Virus record (IMG/VR): IMGVR_UViG_3300010334_006426
Span: 32,001-96,000 of that record
Source: a virus
Length of the DNA: 64,000 nucleotides
Strand: one strand, 5' to 3'
Part shown: positions 8,505 to 18,573 of the stretch, one piece after another
Layout of the letters: every line of letters starts with the position of its first letter
Position numbering within the stretch: position 1 is the stretch's first letter
Translations under genes and position numbers: made by a program
Notes under the pieces: generated by a model
Database searches by the model: none
Told to the model about the DNA's origin: nothing
Seen by the model: only the letters and a program-made list of their open reading frames with translations

Positions 8505-9533
8505 GTGGTATTATTAACTGAAGATTACATTATATCTAAGTTTTATCAGTACGCTGGGAATCCTAGGTACAATAGACTTTCTAAATCGTATAATGGTGGT
8601 TGTCCCACGTGTAGAGAGGGCACCTCGTGGGGAAAGAAGAGGCGCTTATACTACGTAACTAGAAAAAATTTAATATTTTGTCATAATTGCGGTTTAAGTA
8701 TGCGCCCGGCTAAATGGATACAATCTGTTTCTGGTCTTACATATGGAGAGGTCTTAAAAGAAAATAGTGGATTTCAGACAGAAATAAATTTAAGTGAAAC
8801 AAATAACGAACCTGAAAAGATTGTTAATCAAGAGGAATTACCTCTAGATCCTATTAATTTATTGGACCCTTCTCAAGTAAGTTTCTATAGCAATGATAGT
8901 ATAATTAAAGATGCTTTATCATTAGTTAGAAAAAGACGTTTAGATACAGCAGTCAACAGACCTAAGACGCTTTGGATTAGCTTAAAAGATAAAATTCATA
9001 GAGATAGATTGGTTGTACCGTTTTACGACATAGATGAAAAAATCGTTCACTATCAGTCGCGTACTATAAGGGAAAATAAATATAAAAAATTTCCAAAATA
9101 TCTATCTAAATTAAATAGCGAAAAAAGTCTTTTTGGAATTAATAGCATAAGCGAAAAAATTCCTTATCTGTTTATAACGGAAGGTCCAATCGATGCCTTT
9201 TTCATTGAAAATGGAATAGCTGTTGCAGGTATTAATGAAAGTAGTGATTTAGTATTTACAGATAAACAAAAATCACAAATAGCTGCTTTTCCGTTGCATG
9301 AAAAAATTTGGATATTGGATAATCAGCGGAATGATAAGGCTAGTAAAAAGAAGACTAACATCTTACTTAAGAAAGGTTATAAGGTTTTTATATGGCCGGA
9401 GAAAACAAAACATTTCAAAGACTTAAATGAAATGGCTATAAATCTAAAGATAGATAAAGTTTCTACAAAATTTATACTTGAAAATACCTTCTCCGGTATT
9501 AAGGGTAGTTTATTATTGTCTAACCTAGATTAA
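8505..9533 (+). CDS. 61: T4 gp61-like DNA primase
   Basis: Zn finger CPTC...CHNC, RLVVPF, TOPRIM ITEGPIDAFF, LDN, KDLNE. Confidence 0.92.
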   Translation: MVLLTEDYIISKFYQYAGNPRYNRLSKSYNGGCPTCREGTSWGKKRRLYYVTRKNLIFCHNCGLSMRPAKWIQSVSGLTYGEVLKENSGFQTEINLSETNNEPEKIVNQEELPLDPINLLDPSQVSFYSNDSIIKDALSLVRKRRLDTAVNRPKTLWISLKDKIHRDRLVVPFYDIDEKIVHYQSRTIRENKYKKFPKYLSKLNSEKSLFGINSISEKIPYLFITEGPIDAFFIENGIAVAGINESSDLVFTDKQKSQIAAFPLHEKIWILDNQRNDKASKKKTNILLKKGYKVFIWPEKTKHFKDLNEMAINLKIDKVSTKFILENTFSGIKGSLLLSNLD

Positions 9534-9955
9534 CCTTCTTCACCAGAAATAAGATAACCCTTTAACGATTCATTTAGAGAGCTCAACTCCATAGCTACTC
9601 TAGCTAATCTCTTCTTCTCACTGTTAGATATTTTTTCAAACAATGTATCGCACCCTGCTGCGGCTAATTGAGACTGTACACTATTACCATCGACTCCGTT
9701 GATAAAGGCTATAAACTTTTCAACCTCCTGTATCCAGCCTGCTAATGTTTTCTTTTGTGCCGCGTTATGTGCGCCTCTAACTTGGTCGACACCTTGAGGA
9801 GGTGTCTGTGCGTCCAAAGTCGCGGGATCTGTACCAGGATCTAGTTCTGCTTGCATTGCGCCAGAATCAGTTTTAATTTGTTGTTTTTCTTCGTCTGCTT
9901 CTAATATACTTAAAAATCGTCTTTCAAACAAATTGGGCTTTTCAAACAAGTTCAT
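9530..9955 (-). CDS. Hypothetical late protein (candidate internal head protein)
   Basis: 141 aa; TAAATA 5 nt before ATG; duplicated N-terminal NLFE. Confidence 0.7.
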   Translation of the reverse strand: MNLFEKPNLFERRFLSILEADEEKQQIKTDSGAMQAELDPGTDPATLDAQTPPQGVDQVRGAHNAAQKKTLAGWIQEVEKFIAFINGVDGNSVQSQLAAAGCDTLFEKISNSEKKRLARVAMELSSLNESLKGYLISGEEG

Positions 9956-9994
9956 AATATTATTTATTATTTATGGAGAAGATTAAATATATAT

Positions 9995-10366
9995 ATGATT
10001 AAAAAAGTCAGTACACTCAATGAAGATTCGCAAATGCTTTATAATAAATGGGTTAGAGGTATCGCTACAAGAGAATTACAACCAGAAATAATTACATTAT
10101 CTGATATAGTAAATAGATTTCGTAATAATAATAAAGCTCCTAAAAAGCTACCTTATCCTTTGGATAGTGTAGTAGACTTTTTAGGCGATATATTTGTTAA
10201 GTGTGCTGACTTAAGACGTACCTTGGCGCAAGGCGTTGTGAGCCCTTTAATTAAAGACAAAGCGTCAAAAATTAAAACAGTTAGAGATTTAAATAAAAAA
10301 ATAGAGAGAATACAGCAGCAAATATTTGATTGTACTGAAGATCTCAATAAATTACTTGAAAAGTAA
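9995..10366 (+). CDS. Hypothetical late protein
   Basis: 123 aa; TAAATA 9984-9989, 5 nt before ATG. Confidence 0.7.
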   Translation: MIKKVSTLNEDSQMLYNKWVRGIATRELQPEIITLSDIVNRFRNNNKAPKKLPYPLDSVVDFLGDIFVKCADLRRTLAQGVVSPLIKDKASKIKTVRDLNKKIERIQQQIFDCTEDLNKLLEK

Positions 10367-10383
10367 TATTTTGGTTTTAATAT
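10356..10383 (+). promoter_or_regulatory. Sigma70-like early promoter
   Basis: TTGAAA-N16-TAATAT, then 6 nt to ATG 10390. Confidence 0.55.
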
Positions 10384-10389
10384 ATATTA

Positions 10390-10821
10390 ATGGCTAAAAA
10401 GATATTACAAAGCTTTGGTCTTACCTTTTTAATTAGCGCTATTCTTGCTTGGCCGTTGACATTTCTAGGCGTTAGCTTTATTAGTGGCGTTCTTTTTTTC
10501 AGCGCAGTTCAATTCGTAGGGTTTTATTTTTATAGAGAAATACAAGAGCGTAAACTGCTTTTAGAGCAGCAAAATTTTATTTTAGCTAGAGAAGCCGAAC
10601 TAAGTAAGCAGGGGTCAGAGGTTATATGTCCCTGTGATAGACAGGTTAAATGCTTTGTTCCTATAAAGCTAAACGAGAGAAATGAATACGTATGCCCAGG
10701 TTGCAACAAGGATGCTAATGTTAATGTATTATTAAAAACTGTTTTGGTCACTACCCCTATAATTGAGTCTGCTGAAGATGTGATAGCAAATAATTTAAAG
10801 GAAAAAAATGGAAGTAATTAA
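10390..10821 (+). CDS. Membrane protein with two N-terminal TM helices and a Zn ribbon
   Basis: Hydrophobic residues ~5-47; CPC...CPGC. Confidence 0.7.
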   Translation: MAKKILQSFGLTFLISAILAWPLTFLGVSFISGVLFFSAVQFVGFYFYREIQERKLLLEQQNFILAREAELSKQGSEVICPCDRQVKCFVPIKLNERNEYVCPGCNKDANVNVLLKTVLVTTPIIESAEDVIANNLKEKNGSN

Positions 10822-11194
10822 TGTACCTGCAAGCCAAGTATTACCTGTATCAGGGTATGTGGCACCACCTTCTATAGCACAAGTTAAGAAAGAAGCAGAA
10901 GAATTCTTTTTTTCAAAAGGATTATTAGCACACAAAATCTATAAAAATGCATACACTAGCTCACTCGCTGATTCACCGTCATCAGAACAGTTTATTCAAG
11001 ACTTTTTTAACGTTTTAGAAAATTCAATCAAGACGCAGATAAAAAACAACAATCAAGATGTTTCTATATCTATAAAATTAGTTTTTGATACATTGAGAAA
11101 TAGTTTTAATATTTTATCCGCTCTTGGAGTAAAAATTGATCCAATTACGTTTTTTGCCACGCTGGTAGCGTTTATTTTAAGTAAATTAAGATAG
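10808..11194 (+). CDS. Hypothetical protein
   Basis: 128 aa ORF with a hydrophobic C-terminus. Confidence 0.65.
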   Translation: MEVINVPASQVLPVSGYVAPPSIAQVKKEAEEFFFSKGLLAHKIYKNAYTSSLADSPSSEQFIQDFFNVLENSIKTQIKNNNQDVSISIKLVFDTLRNSFNILSALGVKIDPITFFATLVAFILSKLR

Positions 11195-11197
11195 TTG

Positions 11198-11226
11198 TTG
11201 CGTATGTTTATTTTTTCATCTATTAT
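11198..11226 (+). promoter_or_regulatory. Sigma70-like early promoter
   Basis: TTGCGT-N17-TATTAT, then 6 nt to ATG 11233. Confidence 0.5.
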
Positions 11227-11232
11227 GATGAA

Positions 11233-11601
11233 ATGAGCAATACAATCCAAATTAACTGTAAAGATAAGACCATTTCCATGAAAAAAATCGAATATGCTAG
11301 ATGGCTTTGTCTTATAGAAGCAATTGATCTTGTTGAAAAAAAAGCTGAAGAACTTAAAGCGGACTTAATAGGTGATGACTTCTGGGTTAAGCCTTTAGCT
11401 TTTCAGAAGTATATAGACCACAGATTAGAGACTATGGTGATTGATGTAGATAGAGAAGAATTTAATATACCTACTATGGTTTCTATACAATCCAACAAAG
11501 ACCTTGTACCTGTTAATGTTGAAGTACAGGAAACAGAAGATCAGTCTGAAGAAGAGTTTGAGCCTACTGAAAAAGATTTGTCTGTGCTGACTATGGTTTA
11601 A
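11233..11601 (+). CDS. Hypothetical protein with acidic tail
   Basis: 122 aa ORF. Confidence 0.7.
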   Translation: MSNTIQINCKDKTISMKKIEYARWLCLIEAIDLVEKKAEELKADLIGDDFWVKPLAFQKYIDHRLETMVIDVDREEFNIPTMVSIQSNKDLVPVNVEVQETEDQSEEEFEPTEKDLSVLTMV

Positions 11602-12350
11602 TAGTAGCCGCCGTAAATTTCTGTATTGTTCACAGACATGTCAAAGATATTTTTACTGCTAAATTTATCTGAACTTTCTGGATAACTAGAAGGCCTTGGG
11701 CTATATGTAACATCGTTAGGTAGGTTTGTTGTAATAGTTCCATATCTTTCATTATCGTAGACTTGGTTGCTACCCTTTTCTTGAGGCAGATTAGGTTCAA
11801 AAGAATAGTCAAATCTCTTTGCCTTTAATAACCATACATAATGGCCCATTAAAGGATTTATTTGTGAATTCTCTTGATCTAAACGCTCTGTAATTTCATA
11901 CATCTTTCCATCACGGTCTCCTGGTCGTGAGTTTCCGTATTCTGCTAGCTTAAATACATCACCGGCTTTAGGTTCAGCATCAGGTGGAAAAGTAGCGTAA
12001 AAAGAACTTATGTGCATGTACGCGGTACATGTTTCATCACTCATATAGCCAAATTTACTAAGTATAAGGGCATTCTCAGATAACTGTATTGCCATAACAA
12101 CATCTTTTGGATCTTCAAATCTAGAAGTAGGCTGCTCCCCATATACGTTATCAGCAGATAATAAATTATAGCTATTTCTATAATATTTTACTTTTTGACC
12201 ATACAAATCTAATTGTTCACGCCAGTAGTTGCTATATAACTGTCTCTCACATTCATTATTATCTTTCTCTGTAAACCTTAACGTACTTGTTGTATATTTT
12301 AATGGATAGGTTCTAATGCAGTTTGTTCCGGTATATCTATCGACACTCAT
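11598..12350 (-). CDS. 14: gp14-like neck (head closure) protein
   Basis: EQLDLYGQKVKYY, DNVYGE, LSKFG, EPKAGD, YEIT, F-x-YS-x-E pattern of T4-like gp14. Confidence 0.7.
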   Translation of the reverse strand: MSVDRYTGTNCIRTYPLKYTTSTLRFTEKDNNECERQLYSNYWREQLDLYGQKVKYYRNSYNLLSADNVYGEQPTSRFEDPKDVVMAIQLSENALILSKFGYMSDETCTAYMHISSFYATFPPDAEPKAGDVFKLAEYGNSRPGDRDGKMYEITERLDQENSQINPLMGHYVWLLKAKRFDYSFEPNLPQEKGSNQVYDNERYGTITTNLPNDVTYSPRPSSYPESSDKFSSKNIFDMSVNNTEIYGGYY

Positions 12351-12712
12351 TTTTGAAGAATATAACCTCCCAGGTTGTGGTCAAACTTTAATAAAATGCC
12401 TGTATTACCTAGAGATTTTGGTGTGTTTGGGTTGACCCTAGAAATACCGTATTTAGTGCAAATTTTTTGGATTTCATCTTGAGATAAAGCCTTTCTATTT
12501 GTATTTGAAGTTCTTAAATCATTCATAGCTTGTATAGACTTTGGATCTACTTTGTGCATATCAGGAACCGTTTGCGCGTGCTTTCTGAATCCAGGATCTT
12601 TTATAACTTTACGGTGACGTTGTGTTGGCTTGAGCTCTGTTAGCGTTCCTTGATTCCAAGTTGTTATTTCCTGAATTAATATATTATTAAATATTTTTTC
12701 GAAAATACTCAC
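12347..12712 (-). CDS. Hypothetical late protein (candidate internal head protein)
   Basis: GTG start 4 nt after TATAAATA (12717-12724); N-terminus MSIFEKIFNNILIQE. Confidence 0.7.
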   Translation of the reverse strand: MSIFEKIFNNILIQEITTWNQGTLTELKPTQRHRKVIKDPGFRKHAQTVPDMHKVDPKSIQAMNDLRTSNTNRKALSQDEIQKICTKYGISRVNPNTPKSLGNTGILLKFDHNLGGYILQK

Positions 12713-12726
12713 ATATTATTTATAAT

Positions 12727-12752
12727 AAAAAAGCCGTCATAAGACGGCTTTT
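12727..12752 (-). terminator. Rho-independent terminator (possibly bidirectional)
   Basis: AAAAGCCGTC-ATAA-GACGGCTTTT hairpin with a U-tract on the minus strand, downstream of 12773..13699. Confidence 0.8.
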
Positions 12753-12772
12753 CTACTTTTATGTAAGGTTCT

Positions 12773-13699
12773 TTATTTAAAGAAATCGCCAGCCTTGTAA
12801 CCTGGTGCGTTTACTTTATTGTTCTTGCCTTGTAAGGAATGACCCTTACTATCAGGTAGAGCAGAAGGCTTACCATCCATTGTTACACCTTTGGTGTCAC
12901 CGGAAGCCTTGGAGCTCTTAGCATGGCCAAGCTTACCTGGAACTTTATTGTTCTTGCCTTGTAGGGATTGACCTTTACTATCGGGAAGTTCTTCTAATTC
13001 CGTGGCTTCACCAGCAACAGCTTCTTCATCTTCATCTTCATCTTTCTCTTTCTTGTCGGCCTTACTCTGTTCATCTTCGTCGGAGCCAGCTTCTTCAGCG
13101 CCAGCTTCTTCAGCGCCAGCTTCAGATCCTTCTACATCTTCTTTATCTTCGCCGTGTTCTTCAGAGCCACCTAGTACATCGCCGAGCATATCATGTAGCT
13201 TCTGAGCAACATCGCGAGGAAGAGTTACTGTAACATCTTCGTGTTCACCGCCAAGGTCTTCAGCTTTATCAGCCTCAGCACCCTCGGGGCCGGCTTGAAT
13301 GCCTAAATCAAAGGCATCATCCTTCATTACATCTTCGTAAAGTCTATCAAAAATTGATTTGCTCATATTATTATTTATATTCGCTGGATCCTTTTTTTCA
13401 AGAGCCGTAGAAAATTTTTGTGGCTCAAAATGATTATTTTTTTTAGCAGTTTTTGGATCCACTATATCTTTACTAAACCCTTCTGCAGCCTCTGGGCCAG
13501 TATTTTTTAAAGAAAAAGCATTTTTATCACTTCCCTTAGAGGTAATTTTCTTAGTATCTATTTTTTTATCCTTAGCAGAGGCAAAAGTATTCAAAGTTTT
13601 AACAGTCTTCTCTTCAACGACATTTTGCTTTATTTCAGGGCTTTTTTTCATAGCCTCGTAAACTAACCCTATATCCTTTATACTTTTTACTCTTGTCAT
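12773..13699 (-). CDS. Charged low-complexity late protein (prohead core/internal protein candidate) with a nested in-frame isoform
   Basis: Basic N-part, acidic middle, duplicated LPDSKGxSLQGKNNKV; TATAAATA at 13707-13714 and internally at 13372-13379. Confidence 0.7.
   Translation of the reverse strand: MTRVKSIKDIGLVYEAMKKSPEIKQNVVEEKTVKTLNTFASAKDKKIDTKKITSKGSDKNAFSLKNTGPEAAEGFSKDIVDPKTAKKNNHFEPQKFSTALEKKDPANINNNMSKSIFDRLYEDVMKDDAFDLGIQAGPEGAEADKAEDLGGEHEDVTVTLPRDVAQKLHDMLGDVLGGSEEHGEDKEDVEGSEAGAEEAGAEEAGSDEDEQSKADKKEKDEDEDEEAVAGEATELEELPDSKGQSLQGKNNKVPGKLGHAKSSKASGDTKGVTMDGKPSALPDSKGHSLQGKNNKVNAPGYKAGDFFK
13085..13123. repeat. 15-bp tandem repeat (2.6 copies) encoding EAGAE units
   Basis: gccagcttcttcagc x2 plus gccagcttc. 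Confidence 0.85.
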
Positions 13700-13731
13700 A
13701 TATATGTATTTATATTATTAATAAATAAAAT
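13700..13731. promoter_or_regulatory. Divergent pair of T4-type late promoters
   Basis: TATAAATA on minus (13707-13714) and TAAATA on plus (13722-13727), 4 nt before the terminase ATG. Confidence 0.65.
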
Positions 13732-15447
13732 ATGGGAGATAAAGAAAAATATTATCTAGGCAACGAAAGGCTTCCTACTACCAGCACGAAGTTTGAGTAC
13801 ACCCCGGATATGATAAACGAGCTTAAAAAATGCAAAAAAAACTTATTGCATTTTGCTGAAAACTACTTCTTTATCATTAATTTAGATAGAGGTAAAGAAA
13901 AAATTAAGCTATACTCTTGTCAAAAAAGAGTTTTAAGAAGTTTAAGAGATAGCCGTTTTATAATATTGCTATCTTCTAGACAGAGCGGCAAAACAACACA
14001 AATGACTATATATTGCCTTTGGAATGCATGCTTTAACGATGATCAAAGAATATTAATTGTAGCTAATAAAGAGCAGACAGCAAAAAATATATTTAAAAGA
14101 ATAAGAATGGCATATGAGATGTTGCCTAACTTTATAAAACCTGGAGTAGTAGAGTATGGTCAAACTAGCATGACACTCACCAATGGTAGCAGCATAGGTA
14201 TCAGTACAACCAGCAGTGATGCAGGTAGAGGCGACAGCTGCAATTGTTTAATTTTAGATGAGCTAGCCTTTATCGACAATCATATAGTTGATAAATTCTG
14301 GGAATCTGTTTACCCTATTATTAGTAGTTCTAAGAAAAGTAAAATTTTTATAGCTAGTACTCCTAATGGTACGGATAATCTTTTTTACAGATTGTTCAAG
14401 GGAGCTGAAGAAGGTGATAATAACTGGAAAGCAGAAAGAATTGATTGGTGGGAAATACCAGGTCGTGATGAAAAGTGGAAACATGATACAATTAAAACAT
14501 TAGGCAGTCTCGAGACATTTTCACAAGAATTTGGAAATGAATTTTTGCATGGTGGTGAAAGTAGTCTCAACGAGCAACTATACAATTCCTGTTTAAGGGA
14601 TTGTAGGGAGCCTGAATTTATTTTTGAAGAAGGAAAATATTTACTGTGGGAGGAGCCTAGGGAGGGAAGACTCTATACCGTTGGTGTTGATGTTAGCGAA
14701 GGTGTAAATGAATGCGCTAGTGTAGCGCAAATTTTAGATATTACAGATTTATCGCATGTAGAACAGGTTGCAGTTTTTCATACTCGCAACACACCACCAT
14801 TTCAATTTACCTCAAAACTTTTAGATATTTTAAATCAGTGGGGAAGACCCCCGGTTTGTATAGAGAGAAATAGTTGCGGTGCTCAGGTAGTAGAGCAGTT
14901 AAAATTCACACACGGGTATGAAAATATTGTTTCATGGGGGGCTAAGGCGGGTGACAAAACAGAATTCAAAAGGGTGGGTATTCTTTCACACACAAATACA
15001 AAATACAGAGGTATTACTAATATGAGATATTGGGTAAATGAGTTAAAAGCTATAAAATTCAGAGACATTAATACATTAAAAGAATTTAAAACTTTTATAA
15101 GATACCCTAATAATACCTGGGGTGCTAGGCCAGGTGCAGATAGCTATGATGACCGTGTTATGGCCTTGGTTTGGGCATTAATAATTTTAGAAAATGAATT
15201 ATGTAGTAGATATTTTGATGTTGTAAAGCTTGATGATTGTGATAGGCCTCAAGTTTTAAAATCTCTTGATTATGGAATTAGAGGTGTAATTAGCCCCTTA
15301 AGTTTATATAGTAACGAGAAAGATTCTGGTATAAACACGGCATTACCGACTATATTTCAAGAAGACGCAGCTTCTGCTGACCTGGAGATGGACGATTTAA
15401 GAAGACAAGGCTGGTACTTGCCAGGTGAATCTTATTTTGATAAATAA
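13732..15447 (+). CDS. 17: Terminase large subunit (T4 gp17-like)
   Basis: YLGN, SSRQSGKT Walker A, LILDELAF Walker B, ASTPNG, QEF, GVDVSEG, DDRVMAL nuclease motifs. Confidence 0.95.
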   Translation: MGDKEKYYLGNERLPTTSTKFEYTPDMINELKKCKKNLLHFAENYFFIINLDRGKEKIKLYSCQKRVLRSLRDSRFIILLSSRQSGKTTQMTIYCLWNACFNDDQRILIVANKEQTAKNIFKRIRMAYEMLPNFIKPGVVEYGQTSMTLTNGSSIGISTTSSDAGRGDSCNCLILDELAFIDNHIVDKFWESVYPIISSSKKSKIFIASTPNGTDNLFYRLFKGAEEGDNNWKAERIDWWEIPGRDEKWKHDTIKTLGSLETFSQEFGNEFLHGGESSLNEQLYNSCLRDCREPEFIFEEGKYLLWEEPREGRLYTVGVDVSEGVNECASVAQILDITDLSHVEQVAVFHTRNTPPFQFTSKLLDILNQWGRPPVCIERNSCGAQVVEQLKFTHGYENIVSWGAKAGDKTEFKRVGILSHTNTKYRGITNMRYWVNELKAIKFRDINTLKEFKTFIRYPNNTWGARPGADSYDDRVMALVWALIILENELCSRYFDVVKLDDCDRPQVLKSLDYGIRGVISPLSLYSNEKDSGINTALPTIFQEDAASADLEMDDLRRQGWYLPGESYFDK

Positions 15448-15450
15448 CAT

Positions 15451-16044
15451 ATGGCTACTTCTCCAAATCAGCTTCCTATTTTTCAAAGCCCTCTAAACAA
15501 ACAGAGAAAAGATAAATTTATATGTGTTTTAACTATTCCAAGAATTTTGAGGGATGAGGTTAAAGATATAGCAAGAAGAAATTCTTCTATAAATTTCGAT
15601 GCATTACAATTTAGTATCTTTGGTGCTGTTGCCCCGCCTATAGAAATTCCTCCTGTAGGTATACCATATGCAGGGCAAACATTAAAGGTTACATCTTATG
15701 CGCGTCCATCATTCCCAACATTAAAGGTAGATTTTACCGTAGATAACTGGTTTAATAACTATTGGGTAATATACAAGTGGCTTGAAGTGTTTAATGATCC
15801 TAAAATAGGTATCTTTAGCCCTCAGGACAAAGAAGTTGAATCTAGAACTGGTGAATATATGACAAATATATCTATATATGGTTTAGACGAATATAATAAC
15901 AAAACAATTCAATTTGATTATATTAGATCATTTCCAACTGCCTTACAAGGCATAGAATATAATGATAGGGATGCTGACGAAATGGTATGTAGTTTTAATT
16001 TTGCTTACCATCAATTAAAGGTTTCTCTATTACCTGTAAATTAA
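15451..16044 (+). CDS. 3: gp3-like tail tube terminator/tail completion protein
   Basis: L-x-V-x-FTVD...NY..IYKWL, FPTALQGIEY, FNFAY tube-fold pattern; TAAATA 4 nt upstream. Confidence 0.7.
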   Translation: MATSPNQLPIFQSPLNKQRKDKFICVLTIPRILRDEVKDIARRNSSINFDALQFSIFGAVAPPIEIPPVGIPYAGQTLKVTSYARPSFPTLKVDFTVDNWFNNYWVIYKWLEVFNDPKIGIFSPQDKEVESRTGEYMTNISIYGLDEYNNKTIQFDYIRSFPTALQGIEYNDRDADEMVCSFNFAYHQLKVSLLPVN

Positions 16045-16146
16045 TTTGTAGACTTTTTTTATTTTTTTTGAAAAAGTTAAACATAAGTAATATAAATATT
16101 AACGTATGAGTAACAATTCCCTTGCAGGAGATAATAACTAAAATAT

Positions 16147-18573
16147 ATGGCAAGAACAATTCAAAGCCCAGGAGTTGAAATTCGTGAGGTTGATCTTTCC
16201 TTAAGACCAGTAATCACACAAGGTACTAGCGTTTTTGTCGCTGGTTTCTCCAATCAAGGCCCTATCGACGAAGTTTTACAGCCAGCAAGTATTAGTGAGT
16301 TTGAACAAATCTACGGTACACCGACAAATGCTGCTGAGAGATATTTTTATCATACAGTAAAAGCTTCCCTACAAGCCCCGGTTCAATTAAAAGTTACAAG
16401 ACTACCCTATGGTGAAGCTAAGGGCGAAGGGTTTAATGCATGGAGATATAGTGCATTAGTTTATCCTGTTATCTCTCTGACAACCGACAAAGTAGGCTTA
16501 TCTTCCGTAGAATTAAGAAGTCTTAGCGGTTCTAATGCATATTATCTAAAATCGCCAACACATCTTGAACTTACTTTAGAACAATATCAAAATTTAATTA
16601 ACAATAATATCTCTTGGGAAAATTTTGCTGGAGGTTATTTTGATTCTCCTAGTAGTATCTCTTATGAGACAATTGGTAATGCAGGTTTAGTTATTCTAAA
16701 CAAATCTCAAGTTTCGAATAATAATAAATTCGAAGGCTATTATGTTGCTATTACTGATAATGCAAATGTAAATCCTGCCACACCTTTTGACGGTATTAAC
16801 GGTATTAAGTCGATTGGAGCTAATTTACCTTCAATAAACAGCTTTATAAGCGTACCTACAACAAGACTTAATTTTCCATTGACGGCAACTAAGTTTGGCG
16901 ATGGTAGTAGTATTAGTGAAATCATGGAAAATGCTGCTACATTTGATATTTCTCCAGCCTCGTTCAGTGATACACTTACAATTGGTGTATTTAAATTGAG
17001 ACAGAGTGTATTTTCTCCTGATGTTATTTCGCTGGATTATGTTTTAGCTGAAAAATATATTGGCTCTTTAGATTACTATAGGCAAATTGCTGATCCAAAT
17101 GGCGGCCCTGCAGCAGCCTTTTATATTGGTAATGTAACAGAAAGATCACCCAATATCAAGGTCTTGGTAAATCCATGGATTTCTAATCAAGGTAGAAATA
17201 CCTGGCTTGGTAGTGATGGCAACCCCACAAAGACAGTAAGGGTCACTAACAAACAAGGGGCTATTCCGTTAGCATTACCTGGTTATACCGAAACCGCTAA
17301 AAGTTATATAACCCGTATTGGTGCTGCTTCTGCTATCAATGGTACAAACTTATCCGACCTATTAACCACCACAATGGAAGGTAATAAGTTGTTCCCATTA
17401 GGCGTTTATACTGATACAGTAGTTTCTAATAAAAATATCGGTAATCTACCACAGAAGCTTGAAAGAGCTTTCGAGCTTGTTGAAAATCCTGACCTATACA
17501 ATATTAATCTAGTACCCGAAGCCGGTCTAGGTACTATATTTGTAAGCGTAGCAGAGCAAGCATTTAACAACAATTTGCCTGTTTCGGCTTGCGGACCTTA
17601 CCATGAAAATACACCGGTAAATAGTCTTAGCGGATTGTTCATTACTAATAATGAGCTCTTGGGTGAAGAAGGATCGAGAATCAGATCTAATTATAATGCA
17701 GTTGCAAGTATAATGGTAAATGCTGCACAGAATCAAAGAAAAGATTTCCTTGTAATCCTGGACGCCTTGAGACATATATTTGTTCAAGGCGAAAACCACA
17801 AGGTTTTAAGCAACAAGAAGATTTATAGCCCTAATGCTGGTGTTGGAGTCGATCCTAAAGCTTCAGACTACACTCCCACGAGCTTTAGTCAGCATATCTA
17901 CTGGCCATTAAGACATCAATTTAGCTTAATTGATTCTAGCTACGCTTGCAGCTACGCTACTGTTGCTCAAGTATTAGACCCATCATCTAATCGTCAAGTC
18001 TGGGTACCTTTCTCTGGGTTTGCAGCAGCCGCTATGGGTAATACTGATGCTAACTTCCAGCCCTGGTTTGCGCCTGCTGGATTTACAAGAGGCGTTCTAT
18101 TAGGAGTAAATGATTTAGGTATGTATCCTAAGCAAAAACAACGTGATCAACTGTACAAGATAGGCCTGAACCCTGTGCCGTTCTTCCCCGTTGAAGGGTT
18201 TGTAATCTTTGGTCAGAAGACCTTGCTTAAGAAGCCAAGTGCATTTGATCGTATTAACGTACGTAGATTGTTCTTAGATCTAGAAGTTGCAACTAGAGAT
18301 ACCGTTAAATATTTCGTATTCGAACCAAATACACTATTTACAAGAACACAAGTTGTAAATACACTTACACCTATATTTGATAATGCTAAGAATACAGAGG
18401 GATTATATGATTATCTAATCATTTGCGATGAGCGTAATAATACACCCGATGTAATAGATCAAAATGAATTGAAGGTCGATATTTATCTTAAGCCAGTACG
18501 CGCTGCAGAGTTTATCTTAGTAAGCTTCTATGCAACTCGTACCGGTCAAAACTTCCAGGAGTTACTAGCGTAA
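16147..18573 (+). CDS. 18: Contractile tail sheath protein (gp18)
   Basis: SPGVEIREVDLS, PWFAPAGFTRG, RDQLY, GQKT, SAFDRINVRRLF, FEPN, ICDERNNTP. Confidence 0.95.
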   Translation: MARTIQSPGVEIREVDLSLRPVITQGTSVFVAGFSNQGPIDEVLQPASISEFEQIYGTPTNAAERYFYHTVKASLQAPVQLKVTRLPYGEAKGEGFNAWRYSALVYPVISLTTDKVGLSSVELRSLSGSNAYYLKSPTHLELTLEQYQNLINNNISWENFAGGYFDSPSSISYETIGNAGLVILNKSQVSNNNKFEGYYVAITDNANVNPATPFDGINGIKSIGANLPSINSFISVPTTRLNFPLTATKFGDGSSISEIMENAATFDISPASFSDTLTIGVFKLRQSVFSPDVISLDYVLAEKYIGSLDYYRQIADPNGGPAAAFYIGNVTERSPNIKVLVNPWISNQGRNTWLGSDGNPTKTVRVTNKQGAIPLALPGYTETAKSYITRIGAASAINGTNLSDLLTTTMEGNKLFPLGVYTDTVVSNKNIGNLPQKLERAFELVENPDLYNINLVPEAGLGTIFVSVAEQAFNNNLPVSACGPYHENTPVNSLSGLFITNNELLGEEGSRIRSNYNAVASIMVNAAQNQRKDFLVILDALRHIFVQGENHKVLSNKKIYSPNAGVGVDPKASDYTPTSFSQHIYWPLRHQFSLIDSSYACSYATVAQVLDPSSNRQVWVPFSGFAAAAMGNTDANFQPWFAPAGFTRGVLLGVNDLGMYPKQKQRDQLYKIGLNPVPFFPVEGFVIFGQKTLLKKPSAFDRINVRRLFLDLEVATRDTVKYFVFEPNTLFTRTQVVNTLTPIFDNAKNTEGLYDYLIICDERNNTPDVIDQNELKVDIYLKPVRAAEFILVSFYATRTGQNFQELLA

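Noticed and set aside
2147-15447. Inteins, introns or homing endonucleases in helicase, primase or terminase
   Set aside because: Proteins have ordinary lengths with contiguous motifs
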